Under the pieces are notes generated by a model. The model worked only from the letters and a program-made list of their open reading frames with translations, was not told where the DNA came from and ran no database searches. From Rickettsiales bacterium (GTDB lineage Bacteria; Pseudomonadota; Alphaproteobacteria; Rickettsiales; UBA3002): DNA of 64,000 bases. Each line of letters opens with the position of its first letter. Position 1 is the first letter of the stretch. The stretch is taken from the NCBI GenBank assembly GCA_965247335.1, contig CBDFGU010000009.1, positions 851,243-915,242 of the forward strand. The letters run 5' to 3'. Positions 10,630-23,500 of this stretch are shown here, piece by piece. Position numbers and translations under genes: made by a program.

Positions 10630-11481
10630 ATGACCGACGAAACACCAAACCCCGACCTCAATCCCGAACCGATCGATGCGCCGCTCGAGCCGACCGAAGC
10701 GCCTGAAGGCGCGGCACCAGTAGCCGAAGCACCAACGAAAAAGCGCTTGCCGTTGCCGCCCATCAGCGGGCGTCGCCGGGTCATCGCGATCCTACTCGTC
10801 ATCGCGGCCTGCATTTATCTGGCGACCCTGAAGCATGGCGTCAGCGAAGACCGGCAGACGCATGAGGTCGCGCAGAAAGTGACCGGCCAGCAACGCGACC
10901 AGATCAATCACGATATCCTGAAAACCTTCGACAAGAATTACAAAGGCGAGATCCGCGATGGGAAACAATTCGAGCTTGTCGCCCGCGTCGGCAACGCCAT
11001 CGCGCAACAGCCGGAGGCGAAGAACAGCGCCGTGAAGCTGAAATTCCACCTGCTGGCCGAGCCGGATTCGATCAACCTCTACGGCCTCTCGACCGGCGAT
11101 GTCTACATCACCACCGCCATGCTCAACCGCATGCAGACCGAGGGCCAGCTCGCCGCTGCCCTTGCCCATGGCACGGCGCATGCGCTAGTTGGCGATATGG
11201 CAACCCCGGTACCTGCCGGTAAGCACCTGCTACCGCTTTGGCAGTATTCGCTGGAGCAGGAACACGCCGCCGATGCGCTGGGCCTGCGCTTGATGTCGGA
11301 AACCGGCTATGACCCGAATGCGTTCGGCTCGATGCTGACCATCCTCGCCAAGGCCTATAACGCCGGGGCGGATGTATCCTTCTTCACCAGCCACCCGAAC
11401 GCGCCGGACCGTCTCGCCTCACTCGATGCCACCATCAAGCAGCTCTACCCGCAAGGCCTGCCAACGGTGATGAGCAAGTAG
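10630..11481 (+). CDS. M48-family-like peptidase homolog with degenerate zinc motif (HGTAH)
   Basis: It has one TM segment (VIAILLVIAACIYLATL), then LAAALAHGTAHALVGD where M48 proteins carry HExxH, then EQEHAADALGLRLMSETGYDPNAF, a typical M48 C-terminal block. The start was chosen at ATG 10630; the ORF opens at 10546. Confidence 0.55.
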   Translation: MTDETPNPDLNPEPIDAPLEPTEAPEGAAPVAEAPTKKRLPLPPISGRRRVIAILLVIAACIYLATLKHGVSEDRQTHEVAQKVTGQQRDQINHDILKTFDKNYKGEIRDGKQFELVARVGNAIAQQPEAKNSAVKLKFHLLAEPDSINLYGLSTGDVYITTAMLNRMQTEGQLAAALAHGTAHALVGDMATPVPAGKHLLPLWQYSLEQEHAADALGLRLMSETGYDPNAFGSMLTILAKAYNAGADVSFFTSHPNAPDRLASLDATIKQLYPQGLPTVMSK

Positions 11482-11585
11482 CCTAACTTCCTAGGCAAAT
11501 GATTACTGCGTTTTTTCGCGTCGGACGTGTTCCGCGCGAAACACAGATAAATCATGCACTTTAAAATCGAAGATTTGAAGTGAGG

Positions 11586-14500
11586 CTATATCTCCTCAGC
11601 ACCCTCATATAGCATCGGCGGGATATTATCCTCCGGCCGGTCATCCGGCCAAGATTCCGATAGCGGCAGGTAGAAGCTGCGCGTTGCCTGCTGCTGCTCG
11701 TCAGCGAATACATAGGTCAGCGCGTAATGACGCGTATCACTAAACAGCATTGGCGGATTTTGCGAGACCTGCGTTACAGTCGGCGGCACTGTTGCATCAG
11801 CCACCGGGGATAACACTGGCGGTGCGGGCGGCGGCGGTGCGGCCGGGTCGAAGATCGTCGCGGTCGCCGTCGCACTGCTGTTGAAACTATAGTTCCCGCT
11901 ATCGGTTCCCATTGCCGTAATACCGCTTACGCTGACCGGCTTACCCGTGCCGATCGCCGCATCCGCAAAGCTCGCGCTACCATAGGCAAGGTTCAGCGAA
12001 TCACCGGTCACACGATTATCGCCGAGCGTCACGCTGACATTCGTGGTACCATCATATGCCCGGTCCGCCGCTGAGGCACTGACTGTCAGCGCCCGCGGGG
12101 TGATGGCGGCAGCCGTGCCAGCCGTGGTATTGAACGTGTAATTACCGGCATCCGTGCCTGCAAGCGTGATCCCGCTGACGCTAATCGCCTTGGCAGCGCC
12201 AACATTCTTGTCCATAAAGTTCGCCGTGTAGCCGATGCCGAGCACATCACCCGTCACCCGATTATCACTCAGCGTCACGTCTGCTGTCGTCAGCCCATTA
12301 TACACTTTATCGATGCCGGTCGCGCCGATGGTCAAGGCTTTCGGCGTGATGTTCGCCGTGTCCGTTGCACTGGTATTGAACGTATAGTTGCCACTATCTG
12401 TTCCCGTCACCGTGATGCCGGTCACGTTCACCGTCTTGCCGGTACCGGCATTCTTGTTCGTGAAGTTCGCTGCGGTGTCGGCGATCGCCAGCACATCGCC
12501 AGCGATGCGATCATCACCAAGCGTCGCACTCGCCGTTGTCAGCGCATCATAGATCTTGTCGGCCGCCGTCGCCGTTATCGTTAACGTCCTTTTCGTGATG
12601 TTCGCCGTATCCGTTGCCGTGGTGTTGAACGTATAGTTGCCGCTATCAGTTCCCATCACCGTTATTCCGTTGACTGTAACGACCTTGCTCGACCCGGCAT
12701 TCTTGTTGGCGAAGCTCGCACTGGTATCGTTGATGGTCAACACATCCCCCGCCACGCGATTATCGCCCAGCGTTACGCTGGCGGTGGCAAGACCATCATA
12801 CACTTTATCAAGTGCTGTCGCGCTAACCGTCAGCGCCCGCGGCGTGATATTCGCCGTATCCGTTGCTGTCGTGTTGAACGTGTAGTTGCCGCTATCGGTT
12901 CCCAGCACCGTGATACTATTGACCGTCACTAGCTTGCCATTCGCCACATCCTTATCCGTGAAGGTTGCGCTACCATGGCCAAGTGTCAACACGTCGCCCG
13001 CGACACGGTTATCACCGAGCACGACACTGGCCGTCGTCACACCATCATACACTTTATCAAGTGCTGTCGCGCTCACCGTCAGCGCCCGCGGGGTGATGTT
13101 CGCCGTATCCGTCGCGCTAGTGTTGAAGGTGTAGTTGCCACTATCTATACCCGTCACCGTGATGCCGGTTACATTCACCGTCTTGCCAGCACCGACATTC
13201 TTGTTGGTAAAGTTCGCCGCTGCATCGCTGATCGTCAACACATCGCCAGCAACGCGATTATCGCCCAGCGTCACGCCTGCTGTTGTCAGACCGTTATACA
13301 CTTTATCGACTGCCGTCGCCGTCACGCTCAGCGCGGCTTTAGTGATATTCGCCGTATCCGTTGCCGTCGTATTGAACGTGTAGTTACCACTATCCGCTCC
13401 CGTTACCGTAATCCCACTGATTGTGACGACCTTGTTCGATCCGGCATTCTTGTTGGCGAAGCTCTCGCTCGCATCACTGACGATCAAAGCATCTCCCGCC
13501 ACCCGATTATCGCCCAGCGTTACGCTGACGGTCGTCAACCCGTCGTAAATCTTGTCGGCAGCATTCGCTGTCACGGTCAGTGCTTTCGGCGTGATGTTTG
13601 CCGTATCCGTCGCGCTGGTGTTAAAGGTGTAGTTGCCGCTATCGGTTCCTGTCACCGTGATACCATTGACCGTCACCAGCTTGCCATTCGCCACATCCTT
13701 ATCCGTGAAGGTTGCGCTACCATAGCCAAGTGTCAGCACATCACCCGCGATGCGGTCATCGCTCAATGTTACGCTTGCGGTCGTTAGCCCATCATACACT
13801 TTATCAGCTGCGGTCGTCGTCACGGTCAGTGCTTTCGGCGTGATGTTCGCCGTATCCGTCGCGCTGGTGTTGAAGGTATAGTTGCCACTATCTATACCCG
13901 TCACCGTGATGCCCGTCACATTCACCGTCTTGCCGGTACCGGCATTTTTGTTGGTGAAGTTTGCTGCGGCGTCAGCGATTGTCAGCATGTCGCCGGCAAC
14001 GCGATCATCGCCCAGCGTCACACCCGCCGTCGTCAGACCGTTATATACCTTATCCGCCGCATTCGCCGTTACGGTCAGCGCTGCTTTGGTGATGTTCGCC
14101 GTAGTTCCTGCCGTGGTGTTGAAGCTGTAGTTGCCACTATCCGCCCCGGTGACCGTGATGCCGCTAACGCTCACTGCACGGCCTGTGCCTACATTCTTGT
14201 CGGGGAAACTGGCCGAACCATAGCCAAGCGTCAGCACATCCCCCGCCACCTGATTATCACTCAGCGTGACCGTAGCGGCCGCGAGGCCATCATATACTTT
14301 GCTGATGCCCGTGGCAGCGATCGTCAGCGCGCGCGGGGTGATATTCGCCGTATCCGTCGCCGTCGTGTTGAACGCGTAGTTGCCGCTATCGGTTCCCATC
14401 ACCGTAATGCCGTTGACCGTGACCAGCTTGCCATTCGCCACATTCTTATCCGCGAAGGTTGCGCTACCATGGCCAAGTGTCAATACGTCGCCCGCGACAC

Positions 14501-17500
14501 GGTCATCGCCCAGAACGACACTGGCCGTCGTCACACCATCATACACTTTATCAAGTGCTGTCGCGCTCACCGTCAGCGCCCGCGGAGTGATATTCGCCGT
14601 ATCCGTCGCGCTGGTGTTGAAGGTGTAGTTGCCACTATCTATACCCGTCACCGTGATGCCCGTCACATTCACCGTTTTATTGTTGTTCACATTCTTGTTG
14701 GTAAAGTTCGCCGTTGTATCGTTGATCGTCAGCACATCGCCGGTGACGCGGTTGTCGCCCAGCGTTACACCTGCCGTTGTCAGCGCATCATAAATCTTGT
14801 CGGCTGCCGTCGCCGTTACCGTCAGCGCTTTTTGCGTAATGTTCGCCGTGGTGCTCGCCGTACTATTGAACGTGTAGTTGCCGCTATCGGTACCCGTCAC
14901 CGTGATCCCGCTGACACTGACCGCCCGGCCCGTGCCCACGTTCTTGTCCGGGAAGCTGGCCGCACCATACCCCAGCGTCAGCACATCACCGGCGACGCGG
15001 TTATCACCGAGTGTTACGGTGGCTGCCGCAAGGCCGTCATACACTTTGCTGATACCGCTCGCCGTCACGGTAAGCGCTTTCGCGGTAATGTTTGCCGTCG
15101 TACTCGCCGTGGTATTGAAAATGTAGTTACCGCTATCCGTCCCCGTCACCGTAATGCCGCTGACACTGACCGCTCGGCCCGTGCCCACATTCTTGTCCGG
15201 GAAGCTGGCGGTGCCATATCCGAGCGTCAGCACATCACCCGCCACGCGATTATCGCCAAGCGTCACCGTCGCGGCCGCGAGGCCGTCATACACTTTACTG
15301 ATGCCCGAAGCCGTTACCGTCAACGCGGCTTTGGTGATGTTCGCCGTAGTGCTCGCCGTAGTACTGAACGTATAGTTGCCACTATCCGTCCCCGTCACCG
15401 TAATGCCGCTGACACTGACCGCACGACCCATACCTGCGTTTTTGTCGGGGAAGCTGGCCGCACCATATCCCAGCGTCAGCACATCACCCGCCACACGATT
15501 GTCGCCGAGTGTCACCGTCGCTGTCGCGAGGCCATCATACATTTTACTGATCCCGCTTGCACTTACCGTCAATACTTTTGCCGTGACATTCGCGGTCGTG
15601 CTCGCGGTGGTGTTGAACGTATAGTTGCCACTATCGGTACCCGTCACCGTAATGCCACTGACATTGACCGTGCGACCCGTACCCACATTCTTGTCCGGGA
15701 AACTAGCGCTGCCGTAACCGAGCGTCAGCACGTCACCGGCGATGCGGTTATCGCCGAGCGTCACCGTCGCGGCTGCGAGGCCGTCATACACTTTGCTGAT
15801 ACCCGAAGCCGTTACCGTCAATGCGGCTTGGGTAATATTTGCCGTCGTGCTCGCGGTACTATTGAACGTGTAGTTGCCACTGTCCGTTCCCGTCACCGTA
15901 ATGCTGCTGACGTTGACTGCGCGACCTGTGCCCACATTCTTGTCAGGGAAGCTGGCCGCGCCATAGCCGATCGTCAGCACATCACCGGTAATGCGATTAT
16001 CGCCCAATGTCACCGTTGCGGCTGCCAGGCCGTTATAGACTTTATCAATGCCCGAAGCCGTTACCGTCAACGCGGCTTGGGTAATATTTGCCGTCGTGCT
16101 CGCGGTACTACTGAACGTGTAGTTGCCACTGTCCGTTCCCGTCACTGTAATGCCGCTGACGCTGACCGCACGGCCGGTGCCCACATTCTTGTCGGGGAAG
16201 CCGGCGGCGCCGTAACCCACCGTCAGCACGTCACCTGCTACGCGATTATCACCGAGTGTTACGGTGGCTGCCGCAAGGCCGTTGTACACTTTATTAATAC
16301 CCGAAGCCGTTACCGTCAGGGCTTTCGCCGTGATGTTGGCCGTCGTGCTCGCCGTGGTGTTGAACGTATAGTTACCGCTATCCGTCCCCGTCACCGTAAT
16401 GCCGCTGACACTGACCGCTCGGCCCGTGCCCACGTTCTTGTCCGGGAAGCTGGCCGCACCATACACCAGCGTCAGCACATCACCGGCGACGCGATTATCA
16501 CCGAGTGTTACGGTGGCTGCCGCAAGGCCGTTGTACACTTTATCAATACCCGAAGCCGTTACCGTCAACGCTTTCGCCGTGATGTTGGCCGTCGTGCTCG
16601 CCGTGGTGTTGAACGTATAGTTGCCACTATCCGTCCCTGTTACCGTGATCCCGCTGACATTGACCGTGCGACCCATACCCACATTCTTGTCCGGGAAATT
16701 AGCGCTGCCGTAACCGAGCGTCAGCACGTCACCGGCGATGCGGTTATCGCCGAGCGTCACCGTCGCGGCTGCGAGGCCATCGTATACTTTGCTTATGCCG
16801 GTAGCACTTACCGTCAATACTTTCGCCGTGATATTTGCCGTCGTGCTCGCGGTGGTGTTGAACGTATAGTTGCCACTATCCGTCCCTGTTACTATGATCG
16901 CGCTGACATTGACCGTGCGACCCGTACCCACATTCTTGTCGGGGAAGCTGGCTGCACCGTAACCCAGCGTCAGCACATCACCCGCCACGCGATTATCGCC
17001 GAGTGTCACCACTGCCGCTGCCAAACCATCATAAACTTTGTTGACGCCGGTTGCACTGACCGTCAACGCTTTCGCCGTGATATTTGCCGTCGTGCTCGCG
17101 GTGGTGTTGAATGTATAGTTGCCACTATCGGTACCCGTCACCGTAATGCCACTGACGCTGACCGCCCGGCCCGCACCCACATTCTTGTCCGGAAAGCTGG
17201 CTGCTCCATAACCAAGCGTCAGCACATCGCCACTGATACGGTCATCCCCCAGCGTCACCGCTGCGGCCGCAAGGCCATTATACACTTTATCGATGCCGGT
17301 CGCCGTCACCGTCAGCGCTTTTTGCGTAATGTTCGCGGTCGTGCTCGCCGTACTATTGAACGTGTAGTTGCCACTATCGGTACCCGTCACCGTGATCCCG
17401 CTGACACTGACAGCCCGACCCGTACCTGTATTCTTGTTGGGGAAGCTGGCCGCACCATACCCCAGCGTCAGCACATCACCGGTGACGCGGTTATCGCCCA

Positions 17501-20500
17501 GCGTCACCGTCGCGGCTGCGAGGCCATCATACACTTTATTGATGCCGGTTGCGCTTACCGTCAGCGCTTTTTGCGTAATGTTCGCCGCTGTGCTCGCCGT
17601 ACTATTGAACGTATAGTTGCCGCTATCGGTACCCGTCACCGTGATCCCGCTGACACTGACCGCCCGGCCCGTGCCCACGTTCTTGTCCGGGAAGCTGGCC
17701 GCACCATACCCCAGCGTCAGCACATCACCGGCGACGCGGTTATCACCGAGTGTTACGGTGGCTGCCGCAAGGCCATCATACACTTTACTGATACCGCTCG
17801 CCGTCACGGTAAGCGCTTTCGCGGTAATGTTCGCCGTCGTACTCGCCGTGGTATTAAAAATGTAGTTACCGCTATCCGTCCCCGTCACCGTAATGCCGCT
17901 GACACTGACCGCTCGGCCCGTGCCCACGTTCTTATCGGGGAAGCTGGCGATGCTATACCCCAGCGTCAGCACATCACCCGCCACGCGATTATCGCCAAGC
18001 GTCACCGTCGCGGCTACGAGGCCATCATACACTTTACTGATGCCTGAAGCCGTTACCGTCAACGCGGCTTTGGTGATGGTGAGGCCGGTCGACGCGCCCG
18101 TATAGCTTACCGCATAATCGCTGGCCAGGCCGCTCGTGAAGTTCGCGCCGCTGACACCGATGGTCCACGGCGTGCCCACTGCGCTGATGTTGTACTGCCC
18201 GCTGGTCGCTGTCGTCGCATTGGTGCTGAGCACGACGCTGCCGATCACATCCGTGCCGTAGAGCGAGCTGGTGGTAACATTGAACCCTGTGGTGCCGAGG
18301 CTGCCGAAGCCATAGATACGCGATTGATCCGCCGCGCTGACCGTAATGGCCCGCGTGCCGACGACCCCAGAATTATTCGACACATACGTAAAGCCGTAGC
18401 CGGTCGACGACAGGAGCGTGCTGCCATTATTGCTGATGACATAGCCCGTGCCCGCATGCTGGCCCTGGACATAGCTCGTCTGGAAGATGCCGGTACCCGT
18501 GATGCTGTCGCTGCCGCTATCGAGCGGGTTGAGGTAGCCTGAAGTCTGCAAAACATACCCGGTCGGCACGATCACCGCATCGCCATAATTATAGGTCTGG
18601 CCCGAGATGGTGATGGTGAGCAGCGGCGTGGTGCTGTAGAGCATGCCGTTGCCGGTACCTAGCGCCGGGCAGCTGCCACCATAGGTGCAGCTGTAGCGGT
18701 TGAAGTTGTTGACGAGGCTTGTCGCGCCCGTATTGGCTGCTGGGTTGGTGCTGTAAATCAGCCAGCGGCCGCCCGCACCCGTGGTCAGGACACCCGCACC
18801 CTTCGTGTTGACGAAATTACGGCCCGCGACCAGCGTGATGGCGTTGGCGCTGGCGTCATTGGTTACGAGGTTCTGGTTCAGCACCACATCGCGTAACGCC
18901 TGGATGAAGATCGGCCCGCCCGAATCGCTGAGCGCCACCGCGTTAATGAAGTCGTTGCCGCTCTGGAACTTTACCGGATCCGTATACGTCGCGTAGTTAT
19001 TCGTCACATCGCCCGAGATCAGGTTGCCGAACGTGATGGACGACCAGCCATCGACGATACGGCCGTTCTCGGCCGTGGTCAGGTTGAGCCCCGCCGTGGT
19101 ATCCGCATCCGTCGTCGCCGTCCCGATATTCACGGCGCGGCCGGCTGTTTGCGGGGCGATGATCAGGGCACCCGTCCCGGCGAGGGTTGAACTCAACGTC
19201 AGGTTATCCGCGTTGATGGTGAGGATGCCGAGCGGCACGCTGCCGCCAACGGCTGCACTGAATGTCACCGTCCCGGTACCGGCTACGATGATGAGATTCT
19301 CCGGCGAGCCACCCGCGGTACCGTCCAGCGTGCTGTTGAAAGTAACGTTGTCGTTCGTCGTCGTGATATGGATGGTCTTGCCTTCGGCGATCACCGTCGC
19401 GTTCGGGAAGGTAACCGCGTTGGTCGCGGTGATGTCGTTCTCGAGGATGTTGGCCGCGTTGCCGAAATTCACCGTGCCCGACGAAATGATCGGGGTCTTG
19501 ACGTCGAGCGTGGCAAAACCCTGCCAGTCGATATTGCCGAACGTTGCCCCGGCATACAGGAGTGTCGTCGCATCGGGGCTGTAGCTTGAGCGCGTCGGGT
19601 TCAGGCCCGAACGCAGCGTGAAGTTGCCCGTGCCGGATTTCAGGATACCGTTGATATACAGGTCACCCGTGCCGTTGATGTTGGCATTCGCGGCTTCGAG
19701 GGTGAGGGCACCCGTTGCGCCCGTCGCCAGTGTCCTGCCGGAGTTGATGGTCAGGTCGCGCTGGCTGATGATGCTGACATTGCCGCTGCTGACCAGGTCG
19801 TTATCGAGCGTGAAATCCTGGAAGCCCTGGATATCGACCACGCCGACCGTGGCCCCCTGCTGGGTGAGATTGGTCGTGACGTAGTTCGGGCGCGTGCCAT
19901 TGATACCCGAATGCAAGGTCAGCGCCCCGCTGCCCATCGCGATATTGCCGTTAAGATTCAGGTTGCCCGTCCCGGCGATGACGTTGTTTGCTGCTTCGAG
20001 GGTAAGCGCCCCGGTCGCCCCCGGCGTGATGGTCATACCCACATTTTCCGTCAGGTCGCGCTGGGCGATAATCGAGATATTGCCGCTGCTGGCAAGGTTG
20101 CGGTTAAGCGTGAGATCCTGATAGCCGGTGATGCTGATCGCCCCGAAGGTCGTCAGTGGTACAAGGTTCGCGGTGGTGAACGTCACCGAAGGGCGCGTCC
20201 CGTTCACCCCGGAAATCAACGTCAATGCTCCAGTGCCTCCGGAGATGGTGCCGAGGATGTTGAGGTTGCCCGGGTTGCCGATCGAGCCTGCCGCTGCTTC
20301 GAGAGCCAGCTGGCCAGCGGCGCCGGTAGTGACTGTAACCCCGGAATTGACATTAAGATCGGCCACTGAAATCGCGACGATATCCCCGTTGCTCGTGATA
20401 TTCTTGGCGAAGGTCAGCGTCTGGATACCACGGATATTGAGCGCGCCGATCACCCCAGCCCCTTGCGGATTGAAGGTCGTATTGTCGAGCGTGTAGCTTG

Positions 20501-23500
20501 GGCGCGTGCCGTTGGAACCCGAGATCAGCGTCACCGCACCCGTACCCGGCGCAAGCACGCCGCTAAGCGTCAGGTTGCCGGTATTCGTGTAGGTTCCATT
20601 TCCCGACTCAAGCGTCAGCGCCGAGGCCGAGCCGGGCGTTACCGTCATCCCGCTGTTGAGGGTAAGATCGTGCACGGCGATGATCGTGATATTGCCGTTG
20701 CTGCTGAGGTTGCGGTTGACCGTCACATCCTGCAACCCTTCGATATCGAGTGCGCCAAAGGTACTTTGCGGGATGAAGTTGCTGGTGGTGATCGTCCAGC
20801 TCGGCCGCGTTCCGTTCAGGCCGGAATACAGCGTCGTCGCGCCGTTACCGACATTGAGAACACCGCTCAAAGTCAGATTCCCCGTGCTGCCGGTCGAGCC
20901 GCTTGCTGCCTTGAGCGTGAGGCTGCCCGTCGCGCCGGTGGTCACGGTCATGCCGCTATTCACGGTGAGGTCGCGAGTTGCCACGATGTTGATGTTGCTA
21001 CTGCTCGCCAGGTTGCGGTTGATGACGAAATCCTGGTAGCCACTGGCAGTGATGGCCCCAAACGTACTTTGAGGTGTGAAGTTCGTGGTGCCGATCGTAT
21101 AATTCGCGCGGGTGCTGCCATTGACGCCCGAGACCAGCGTCAGCGCCCCGCTGCCGGCATTGATGACGCCGTTCAGGTTCGAGATGCCGGCACTACCGGT
21201 GCTGCCGCCGCCGCTGTCGAGCGTTAAGGTGCTGGCGGCGCCATTGCGGATGGTGTTGGCCGCATTCAGCGTCAGGTCACCGTAACTGATAACGTTGATG
21301 TTGCCGCTGCTGATGAGATCGGTATTGAATGTCAGGGCGTTGATGCCGGTAATGCTGACCGCCCCGAGCGTTCCTTGCGGTGTGAAATTGGTCGCATCCG
21401 CCGTCCAGTTCGGGCGAGTACCATTCACCCCCGACAGTAATGTCAGCGCCCCGGTGCCCGGCGAGATCGTCCCGTTGAGCACGAGGTTACCCGTCCCGGT
21501 GACGACATTGTTTGCCGCTTCCAGTGCGAACGAACCCGCTGGGCCGGAGGCGATCGTCTTGCCGGTAGAGAGCGTCAGGTCCTTGAAGGATTTGATCAGG
21601 ATGTTACCGGCGCTGCTCAGGATATTACCGCTCGCAATGATATTGCCCGTGGTCGTGGTCGCAGTAAAATTGCCCGTCAGCGCCACATCCGGCAGGGTCA
21701 GCGCATTGGTCGAGGTCAGTGCCACCGTGGTCAGCGGCGTCACCGCGCCCATCGCCGCGTTGATAACGAATGTACCCGCGGTGCCGGTAAGCGAGATACC
21801 GTTGATCGCGCCGTTATAGGTCGTCGTCGCCGTACCGGAATTGGTGGTCAGGCTTTCCGCGCCGCCGCCCGCCGTGCCGTCGACCGTCCCGAGCGTGATC
21901 GCCGCATTCGCCGTTGAGAAGGTCGGTGCGAACGTATCCTGGATCACCAGCGGGTTGCTGATCGTGATCGTCCCCGTACCCGCCGTTGTCAAGGCACTGC
22001 CATTGATCGAGGTACCAGTATTATTGGCGATAAGGATATTCCCCGCTGTCAGCACGAGCGGGCGGGCGATGGTGAGGATATTGAAGCCCTCCATATCGAC
22101 CGTGCCGCCGAACGAACCGGCATGGCTGAGCGTCGTCGCACTTGCCGTGAAGCTTGGCCGCGCGCCGTTGATACCGGAGATGAGCGTTACCGCTCCCGTG
22201 CCCACGGCGACGTTCCCGTTCAGGGTCAGGTTGCCGGTGCCGGCCACCGCACCACCGGCGGCTTTCAGGGTCAGCGCGCCGGTGCCCGCCGCTGTGATGG
22301 TCTTGCCCGCCGCTTCCGTCAGGTCACGTGCCGCCGTTAGCACCGCCGCCCCGGTCGAGGTGATATTGCCATTCACCGCGATATCGCGCGCCGCGGTGAA
22401 CGTGCCCGCACTCGTCGTGATAGTGCCGTTGGTAGTCAAATCACGCGCACTTGTCATCGTCACCGCACCGGTCGCGGTGATGCTGCCCGCCGTGATGTCA
22501 CCCGTCGCACCTGTGGTCGTCGCTGCGAGGCTTGCTGCGGTGATCGTTGGCAGCATCAACGCCTGCACACTATTCAGCGTCACCGCTGCCATCGTTGTTG
22601 TCTGGCCGAGCGTCCCGCCGAAGGTGATCGTATCCGCCGTCGCATTGAGGATGAAATTGTTGAGGTTGCCGGTGAAGGTCGTCGTCGCCGTGCCGCTACT
22701 GGTAGTCAGCGAACTTGCCGCCGAGCCGCCCGTGATGGTGCTACCAAACGTGATCGCCTGGTTCGCAGTCGTCACGGTCGGCGTCGCCCCGGCCACGATA
22801 GTGACCGGGTTTGTGATGTTGATGGTGCCCGTGCCGAGCGTCGACAGGCTCGAACCTGAGCCGAGCGCGAGGCTGGTATTATTCGCGAACGAAAGATTTT
22901 GGTTCGCACTCAGCCCGAAGGCGCGGCTGACGGTCAGCACGTTGAAGCCCTCGATATCAACCGGCCCGTTGAAATTGCCCGCATGCACGAGGCTGGTCGC
23001 CGTCGCCGTCCAGCTCGGGCGCGCGCCGTTGATACCGCTATAGAGCGTCAGCGCGCCGGTACCGATGCCCACATTGCCGACGATATTCAGGTTACCCGTA
23101 CCGGCCGTCGCCCCGTTAGCCGCTTTCAGCGTCAGGTTCCCCGAACCATTCGCCGTTACCGTTTTGCCCGTCGCGATGTTCAGGTCGCGAAACGCGGTAA
23201 TGATCACATCCCCCGTCGAGGTAATGTTGCCCGTCGTAATGTCACCCGTCGCCCCGGTGCTTGTCACGGTGACGCTCGCCGCCGTGATATCCGGCAAGGT
23301 CACCGCCGCCACATCGTTGATGGTCACGGCACCCATCGTCGTCGTCGCGCCAAGTGTACCGCCGAACGTAAAGTTGTTCGCCGTTGCCGTAAGAATGAAG
23401 TTATTGAGCACGCCGAAGGTCGTCGCCGCCGTACCGGAGTTGGTGGTAAGCGAACTCGCCGCCGAGCCGCCCGTAATAGCGCCGAGCACGATCGGCTGGT

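Noticed and set aside
11528-11543. A parS-like palindrome, tgttccgcgcgaaaca, matching the TGTTTCACGTGAAACA consensus at 13 of 16 positions.
   Set aside because: It has three mismatches, including the central core. It sits in a convergent 3' gap, where it more plausibly forms a bidirectional terminator hairpin. No parAB genes are nearby.
11847-18071. Regular 249-bp periodic repeats considered as a possible CRISPR-like array.
   Set aside because: There are no unique spacers between repeats. The units are contiguous, are in frame within one ORF, and encode a protein domain.
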